Source of the DNA: a virus
Lineage: Duplodnaviria; Heunggongvirae; Uroviricota; Caudoviricetes
Strand: one strand, 5' to 3'
DNA: 64,000 nt
IMG/VR virus record: IMGVR_UViG_3300033485_000006
Coordinates: 25,402 to 89,401 of that record
Each line of letters opens with the position of its first letter. Position 1 is the stretch's first letter. A program made the translations under genes and the position numbers. Under the pieces are notes generated by a model. That model had not been told where the DNA came from. It saw nothing but the letters and a program-made list of their open reading frames with translations, and ran no database searches. Of the stretch, positions 58,490 to 64,000 are shown one piece after another.

Positions 58490-58850
58490 AATTGTTTTAC
58501 TTAAGGTGACTCAAAGGTAAACTATGAGTGTACTATGAGTCTATCGGAAGTACGTCCAGCAGGGCGTTTAGTGACCTAAGGTGTACTTAAGGAATACTAT
58601 GAGTGAGATTTATGGGTTTTACTTAGAGTTTACTTAAGGTTTACTACTAGTTTACTTAAGGTTTGCTTGTGGGTAGGCTAGGGGGAGGTTAAGGTAGACT
58701 TAAGGTTGGTGTGGGTGGCGCCCATACGTAGAAATTTTCGGGGTAATTTTGAAAGTGCCTAGGGTGCATTAGAGGTATAGTAGAAGTTTACTTAAGGATT
58801 GATTATAGGTTGCACTAGAAGTTTACTTAAGTATATAGCAGAAGTTTACT
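58490..58850. repeat. dispersed short-repeat cluster: about 8 copies of TTACTTAAGG (palindromic core CTTAAG) and several CTATGAG motifs
   Basis: agtttacttaagg is seen at about 58627, 58649, 58782, 58819 and 58842, with variants at about 58495, 58581 and 58690. actatgag is seen at 58521, 58531 and 58596. Confidence 0.7.
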
Positions 58851-58853
58851 TAA

Positions 58854-58919
58854 GGATGCTATGAGGTTTCTTAAAGGATGCTATGAGGTTTCTTAAAGGA
58901 TGCTATGAGGTTTCTTAAA
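58854..58919. repeat. 22-bp tandem repeat x3 (ggatgctatgaggtttcttaaa)
   Basis: Direct reading: 58854-58875, 58876-58897, 58898-58919. Confidence 0.9.
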
Positions 58920-58926
58920 GGAGACC

Positions 58927-60171
58927 CTAGACTCGCTCATGGAGTCCCTTAGGGTTCTGGAAGGGGTTTAGCCTATTGGATAAGGCTGCGGTTATTAGGG
59001 GAGGTCTAGGGATTTGGGTAGGCTGGAAGTTATCTATGGTGTAACCGACAGTCTCCATTAGGTTTCTATGGAGTAGTGCATGGCGGAATAGCTTTGAGTG
59101 AATCCTGCGTACCCTCTTTAACTCTGATACTATATAGGTAGAGGAGTAGATTTTATTGTTATACTCTTGGAATTCCCATGTCGATGGGTCCCCTTTAAGG
59201 ATATTTAGATATGCTATAACTGTCCTAGGGTAATATTTAAGGGTTGCCTTGGGCAACTTATAGTGTTCTATAATGGAATTGACGATGTATTCAACTACTT
59301 CTGAGCATTCTTCATGGCCTTTAATACGAGAAAATGTGGTATATCTAGTATAATACTTGGGCATTTTAGTACCATTTGGTGGTGGAACATCAAGTAATTT
59401 ACGTACAAATGGTAGTTTTGTGGCTATCATGACACCATTTGGTAGGTACAAGTACTCCCTAGTGGCTATAAGTATGCTATAATGATACGCATACCTACGC
59501 ATATACTCCCTTTGGTGTGATAGACTACTAGAAGAGCACTTATTACCCATTGGTATAATCATTGCAAGCTCATGAAGGTCATTTAAGTCCTGTAGAAATA
59601 TCCCATTGACTTTAGTTAACTTAAATTTCCCATGATTGAATGGTTGGTATGGTAACTGGTAGTTTACCTTGGGTGGGAGTTGTGCGTATGTAAAGTTGCT
59701 ATGCCTAAGTTCTAGTGATGGTAGGTAAGTTACTAATTCGAACTTCTCCTTATCTGAGTACACCCTTGGGTTTCCCTGATGGTCTACTAGTAGCGCTAAC
59801 TCTAAGCAACTACATCGCTGTAACTGCTGCGGATGATAGGTACTTAGATTATTACTTAGGGTTAATTCCTTGGATAGCCTAGGTATATGTCTAAACATAT
59901 ATAAATAGTCTCCGCATAGGGTGCATCTAATAGCTTCCCTATGCTCTGGTTGTAACTTAGCCTTATGATTTGGGTACATGGATGTATAATATGGAACCCT
60001 TAGCTGTGTAGGGAGTACTTCTGGTATATAGATATTACTATAGGCTGCTATGGATATGGACATCTTCACAGAAGACCTAATAATTTTCCTATAGTCATCA
60101 TCTAGTCTGTTTAGGTAGAACCCCTGCGCATGATTAGTCTTCCCATAGTCGTATAAGTCTTCTACTGTCAT
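58927..60171 (-). CDS. hypothetical protein (414 aa) in compositionally distinct segment
   Basis: Long ORF. Locally GC-richer DNA with many tagg/ctag strings. Cys pairs (CTLCGDY, RCSC); a weak box-II-like HxxRHxxL stretch near the C-terminus, not convincing. Function unknown. Confidence 0.5.
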   Translation of the reverse strand: MTVEDLYDYGKTNHAQGFYLNRLDDDYRKIIRSSVKMSISIAAYSNIYIPEVLPTQLRVPYYTSMYPNHKAKLQPEHREAIRCTLCGDYLYMFRHIPRLSKELTLSNNLSTYHPQQLQRCSCLELALLVDHQGNPRVYSDKEKFELVTYLPSLELRHSNFTYAQLPPKVNYQLPYQPFNHGKFKLTKVNGIFLQDLNDLHELAMIIPMGNKCSSSSLSHQREYMRRYAYHYSILIATREYLYLPNGVMIATKLPFVRKLLDVPPPNGTKMPKYYTRYTTFSRIKGHEECSEVVEYIVNSIIEHYKLPKATLKYYPRTVIAYLNILKGDPSTWEFQEYNNKIYSSTYIVSELKRVRRIHSKLFRHALLHRNLMETVGYTIDNFQPTQIPRPPLITAALSNRLNPFQNPKGLHERV

Positions 60172-60530
60172 TAAATCCTACCTATAGAATAGTTCAGGGA
60201 ATCTATCTCAGCCTGTGAGTTTGCCCTGAGTATCAAAATAGTCTGTACCTTTTGTGTATTGAATAACTTAAAGTGATCACGGTGTATTAGTTTATTCAGG
60301 GTTGCTGTGGATGTTCCAAGAAATTTAGCTAGTGAATGGACAGACCAGTACTTTGCGTTAGCCTTTAGGAATTGCCTAAGGTCTTTCTTCAGTGGTATTA
60401 GTTCAGGAGGTGGGTTATCTAGGCATAACTCAATATTCTCTGGGTCATAATCAGGAATGTCAAACTGCGGAACTTGTAGTTCAGAGTTCCCAATAAATGC
60501 TTCAGTGTAATTAAGAGCATTATCGAACAT
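60171..60530 (-). CDS. HTH-containing hypothetical protein (119 aa)
   Basis: SVHSLAKFLGTSTATLNKLIHR is HTH-like. Start overlaps the stop of the 414 aa gene (ATGA). Confidence 0.4.
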   Translation of the reverse strand: MFDNALNYTEAFIGNSELQVPQFDIPDYDPENIELCLDNPPPELIPLKKDLRQFLKANAKYWSVHSLAKFLGTSTATLNKLIHRDHFKLFNTQKVQTILILRANSQAEIDSLNYSIGRI

Positions 60531-60759
60531 TCTTATGCCCTACTATGGTATACTCACCCTTAGTCGTAGTTATTACTACTGGACCAATATATGGGATAGT
60601 ATAGTATTGCCCAGTGCACACATAACCCTTCATATCATAGGAATCTGTTTGGAAATCTACTGGCGTACCGTTAGAAGTGACTGATAGTATATTATTATTT
60701 CGACTTGTTAGCACTCTTATATGGTCTGAGTATCTGTCTATTAGAATTATTGGTTGCAA
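60520..60759 (-). CDS. hypothetical protein (79 aa)
   Basis: ORF only. Confidence 0.35.
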   Translation of the reverse strand: MQPIILIDRYSDHIRVLTSRNNNILSVTSNGTPVDFQTDSYDMKGYVCTGQYYTIPYIGPVVITTTKGEYTIVGHKNVR

Positions 60760-60905
60760 TGTAGTCCTTTTATAGAGCCTAGGAGGCCTTTAGTTGTTAA
60801 TATAGGTTAGGAGTCGACTAGAAGTAGTTTAGGTCTTCTAGGTACTTTAGAATGCTTCTGGTGTACTACTAGAGTTACTCTAGGTTAAACCCTGCGCACT
60901 ACTCA

Positions 60906-61367
60906 TTATGACATAACCTGATTTAGAATACTTACATAGATATTATCAGCTTCCTGTGGCTTCCTAGACTTCTTCTCTGAGGTTAGGAGGTCAGCATATG
61001 CCTTAACAACCTCTAGAGTATCCTTACGTGTGCTCTCTCCAGCGGAGTCAACTTCAGATATCCTATCATCTATGACTTCCTCAAACCAACCCTTGAGTTT
61101 ATCTATACGTGCCTGGTCTAGTAACTCTAAGAGTTGCTCTACATGCTCCTTCACATCCTTGCGTTTAAGAATTTCTATAATAGTAGAGGTTGGTATGGCT
61201 AGGCGCAGAGATATATCAGCTGGACTAGAACCTTTTACCCTTAGTTCTATTATATCTTGTTCTAATGGTTTGAATAGGTTTAGACTAGGGAGGATCTGTA
61301 TTGATTCTGGTAATTCTATAAGTTCTGGTGGGTCTAATTCCTCCAGAAAGTCTCTTGCTTTAGACAT
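60906..61367 (-). CDS. HTH DNA-binding protein (153 aa; possible regulator or small-terminase-like)
   Basis: HTH-like SPADISLRLAIPTSTIIEIL with an acidic N-terminus. It is on the opposite strand to the terminase large subunit, so a TerS assignment is weak. Confidence 0.3.
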   Translation of the reverse strand: MSKARDFLEELDPPELIELPESIQILPSLNLFKPLEQDIIELRVKGSSPADISLRLAIPTSTIIEILKRKDVKEHVEQLLELLDQARIDKLKGWFEEVIDDRISEVDSAGESTRKDTLEVVKAYADLLTSEKKSRKPQEADNIYVSILNQVMS

Positions 61368-61989
61368 GTAGTGGTCCTTTAATATTAATAGTTAGTTGGG
61401 TCGGTGTAGGAATTAACCCAAGGGCATAAGCTCTTAGTGTACTATAGTTTAGGCCAAGAGCTTTACTAGCAATACTAATAGAGGCGTAGGTAGTACCATT
61501 GATAATCACAGGAATACCCTTAGTCTGTTGTATGCCTCTATTAGTAATCTCACCTAGTATACTCTGTGCTTTCCCTAGGCAGATATCACACACCTTATGT
61601 TTCTTTGAGGAGAACTTGGTAGTATCAGTAGTTCCATGGCATTTATTGCATACTTGAGGCTTTTCCTTTAGTAGACTGAAAGGACCAACTATTTTAGCAT
61701 TAGGATTCGATTTAAGAACTAAGTAACATCTCTTACATATTAAGGAGTTACCATGGAAGTCGAATAGTTCACTCTGGGTCTTAGCTTTTAGTCCGCAGTG
61801 TTTACATACCCGAATTGGTAGGTTAACTCCTAATATATCTCTGAGTTTAATAAAACCTAGGATTACACCTAGTTCCCTACGTCTTTCCTTAGTTGTGTTA
61901 GGAGACTTATATTCTTTCATAAGTTTACGTCTCTCAATCTTATCAACTCTTGATTCTTCTCTTAGCTTTTCTTTTATTCTATTATTCAA
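61360..61989 (-). CDS. zinc-finger protein with NUMOD1-like C-terminal HTH (homing-endonuclease-related)
   Basis: Two Cys-His clusters (CKHCG...FDFHG...CKRCY and CNKCHG...KKHKVCDIC) resembling degenerate HNH/zinc ribbons. C-terminal INGTTYASISIASKALGLNYSTLRAYALG resembles NUMOD1. Confidence 0.35.
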   Translation of the reverse strand: MNNRIKEKLREESRVDKIERRKLMKEYKSPNTTKERRRELGVILGFIKLRDILGVNLPIRVCKHCGLKAKTQSELFDFHGNSLICKRCYLVLKSNPNAKIVGPFSLLKEKPQVCNKCHGTTDTTKFSSKKHKVCDICLGKAQSILGEITNRGIQQTKGIPVIINGTTYASISIASKALGLNYSTLRAYALGLIPTPTQLTINIKGPLHV

Positions 61990-62151
61990 AATCGCCCTAC
62001 TTAATTTTAGCTAATATATTGGTTATCCCAAGGGAATAATTCCCTCGCGTACTATAAGTATACTATATCAGCTTCTCGTTGGCCTATAAATATATTGTAG
62101 TATTTTATAGGTTTACTACAAAACTAATCACGTTTAAGCAAACTTTAAGTT

Positions 62152-62508
62152 TCACACTTGGTAAAACTTTGGTAATTCCTGTATAGAAATTTCAGATAAA
62201 CTACCTATTTTTTCTGAAAGTTTACTATCAATAACTTCCTTACGTTCTGCGAATGGATAATGTTTACTGGCAGATATCATTGACTTCTGGGCCTCTAACT
62301 GTAACTCATCTTGGTAATCTGCATAATATTTATTAGCAGCAACTAATTGACTAATACGTTCTTTAAGATCACTTCTAATCTCTTCCTTAACCCGATATTC
62401 AGCTATATCATCAAAATCCTCATGACTTATAATATGCTTCATGTCTAACCAAAGGCTACTTTTAGTATATAAACCACTTGCTAACTTAACTCTTATTGCT
62501 TCAATCAT
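62152..62508 (-). CDS. hypothetical protein (118 aa)
   Basis: First gene of the long minus-strand block; ORF only. Confidence 0.4.
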   Translation of the reverse strand: MIEAIRVKLASGLYTKSSLWLDMKHIISHEDFDDIAEYRVKEEIRSDLKERISQLVAANKYYADYQDELQLEAQKSMISASKHYPFAERKEVIDSKLSEKIGSLSEISIQELPKFYQV

Positions 62509-62610
62509 GGATATCCTTCTTTAAATATAGTACATTATATCTAATCTAACCTTAAAGTTTGCTTAAAGTATAAAACTTTTGTAGTAAACCGATAAAATAC
62601 CCCAAAGTAC

Positions 62611-62637
62611 TTGTAGATTAAGTTTTCTAAGTATACA
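62611..62637 (+). promoter_or_regulatory. possible sigma70-like promoter (TTGTAG-N15-TATACA) in the divergent region upstream of the terminase gene
   Basis: Sequence read in the 230-bp divergent intergenic region. The spacer is short (15 nt). Weak. Confidence 0.15.
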
Positions 62638-62741
62638 GGATGAACAAGTGGTGTGGGAGTTAATCCAACTTCTTTACAAAAGGACAAGACGAGTACGTAA
62701 TGCGTCAATAATGGTTCTCCTGTGTAGTTAAAAGGTTTTAA

Positions 62742-64000
62742 ATGGTAATTAATAATGAGATATCTACTTATCAGGAAATAAGTAGTAGGGTTAAGCTTAA
62801 TAAGGTTTGGGAGTTAGTTAAAGCTACTCCGCATTCTGGTCAAGCCCCAATTGTATACGACTTCGATAATAATGACGCAGTTAACTGTTACGTTATTGTA
62901 TTAGGTCGTCGTTCTGGTAAAAGTATGAGTACATCATTAATAGTACTTAGAGAAATGCTCATACCAAATAGTAATACAATACTACTAACTCCAGCTTATA
63001 AGAACTCAGATATTATGTTTAAAGAAGTTCTAAAACATGTTCAAGGATTAAAACTTCCAGTCAAAGCGATTAACAAGAATCAGTTTACAATAGAATTAGA
63101 GAATGGTGCGAAGTTTACTTCTGTTACCCAGACTAACTATGAGTCAGCTCTTGGTTCACGTCTTAGTCTACTCGTAGTTGATGAAACACAATCTATAACT
63201 GATATTAAAAGTATCTATGAAGAGATTCTTGGTCCGATGATGTTGGACTTCGGTGTTAAAGATAATGGTGTTCTATACGCTAGAGCAGTTTTCCTTGGTA
63301 CACCTCGTGGTGTTGGTACAGCATTCCATGCACTATACCTGAAAGAATTATCAAATAGCAACTGGAAGTCGTATAATAGCCCATCCAGCTGTAATCCATT
63401 ATTACCTAGAGTATATTTGGACCAACAGAAAGAATTACTACCAGACCATGTGTATAGACAAGAACTATTATCTGAATGGTTATCTAAAGGTAGTGGGGTA
63501 TTTCATGCGTTTGACCCTGAAGTAAATCTATATGACCCTGAAGAATTAATATTCGCTAAAGACTCAAGATTTATTATTGGACAAGACTATGGTCATACCG
63601 ATAGCACAGCTTCAGTATTTATCTATATAGATAATGCTGGTAACTACTATGTACATGATACATATCAAGAAGCTGCAAAACCAACTAAAGAACATGTTAA
63701 GTCATTCTTGAGTATGGAAAATAGAAATCCTGGTGAGCTAGAAGAAAGATATGGTGACCCATCAGCTGCTCAGATGCTATTGGATTTAAGAAGCCAGTAT
63801 GACTATGAAGTGTCTAAGGGTGTTAATAAGATTGCCCCTGGATTAGCTTGTATTAATGATCTACTTGCTCCTCAAGGTTATAATAAGAAGCCTAAACTAT
63901 ACATTAATAAAAATCTTACGGAATTACGAAGACAAGTCCAATCTGTTACGTATAAAGAAAATAGTAATGGGACCGACCCATTCAATAAAGACCCAGAGGG
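62742..64000 (+). CDS. terminase large subunit (partial, continues beyond window)
   Basis: Manual translation from ATG 62742 (RBS AAAAGG): MVINNEISTYQEI...VIVLGRRSGKSMS (Walker A) ... LSLLVVDETQ (Walker B). No stop before the window end. Confidence 0.75.
   Translation, partial: MVINNEISTYQEISSRVKLNKVWELVKATPHSGQAPIVYDFDNNDAVNCYVIVLGRRSGKSMSTSLIVLREMLIPNSNTILLTPAYKNSDIMFKEVLKHVQGLKLPVKAINKNQFTIELENGAKFTSVTQTNYESALGSRLSLLVVDETQSITDIKSIYEEILGPMMLDFGVKDNGVLYARAVFLGTPRGVGTAFHALYLKELSNSNWKSYNSPSSCNPLLPRVYLDQQKELLPDHVYRQELLSEWLSKGSGVFHAFDPEVNLYDPEELIFAKDSRFIIGQDYGHTDSTASVFIYIDNAGNYYVHDTYQEAAKPTKEHVKSFLSMENRNPGELEERYGDPSAAQMLLDLRSQYDYEVSKGVNKIAPGLACINDLLAPQGYNKKPKLYINKNLTELRRQVQSVTYKENSNGTDPFNKDPE

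Noticed and set aside
56451-58919. The tandem arrays (30-mer, 23-mer, 11-mer, 22-mer) were considered as CRISPR arrays.
   Set aside because: The repeat units are directly contiguous with no unique spacers. The units are also shorter or longer than typical CRISPR repeats. They are plain tandem repeats.
58927-60800. Claiming a strong GC-content anomaly for the 414 aa gene island.
   Set aside because: Hand counts of 60-nt samples gave about 47% here versus about 42-45% in some other coding stretches, so the shift is modest. I kept it only as a qualitative observation needing a proper windowed calculation.
60906-61367. Small terminase subunit assignment for the 153 aa HTH protein.
   Set aside because: It is on the opposite strand, is transcribed away from the terminase large-subunit gene, and is separated from it by two other genes. 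Only a generic HTH is visible, so it is kept as an HTH protein.

Overview
This window is 64 kb of a low-GC, tailed-phage genome. I infer it is from a lytic phage of a Gram-negative host because it carries an rIIA/rIIB pair, an Rz/Rz1-type spanin pair, and T4-like ligase and dNMP-kinase signatures alongside a family-A DNA polymerase. Gene layout: a short plus-strand lysis block sits at 1-2500 (a holin-like 3' end, i-spanin and o-spanin). One uninterrupted minus-strand block then runs from about 2483 to 62508 and holds the replication, recombination, nucleotide-metabolism and RNA-repair genes. A plus-strand terminase large-subunit gene starts at 62742 and runs off the window. Recognisable genes include the following. 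An SbcCD/Mre11-Rad50-like pair. A FEN-type 5'-3' exonuclease, a DnaG-type primase and a DnaB-type helicase. A ClpP-like protease. A PIN-PhoH ATPase interrupted by an intein with a LAGLIDADG endonuclease. The ribonucleotide-reductase subunits NrdA and NrdB, the thymidylate synthase ThyX, a dNMP kinase and a MazG-like pyrophosphohydrolase. A sigma-70-like factor. An Rnl1-like RNA ligase next to a metallophosphoesterase. A family-A DNA polymerase. A CCA-adding enzyme and a second nucleotidyltransferase. An SF2 helicase, tRNA-Ser(GCU) and rIIA/rIIB. Several homing-endonuclease-type genes (HEGs): GIY-YIG, T5orf172 and HNH. The most interesting signals are these. (1) A T4 gp30-like DNA ligase gene is split into two ORFs by an opposite-strand HNH/NUMOD3 homing endonuclease gene. 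(2) A roughly 2.5 kb gene-poor stretch (56.4-58.9 kb) carries four tandem-repeat arrays plus two dispersed short-motif families, next to a compositionally distinct island encoding a 414 aa protein with no match. The whole 5.9 kb segment is bracketed by two diverged copies of a 25-nt element. (3) A DUF2829 (Tad2-like) anti-Thoeris candidate. (4) A putative tRNA/RNA-repair gene set. (5) Decayed paralog and tRNA-like remnants. All calls rest on motif recognition by eye; no database search was run.
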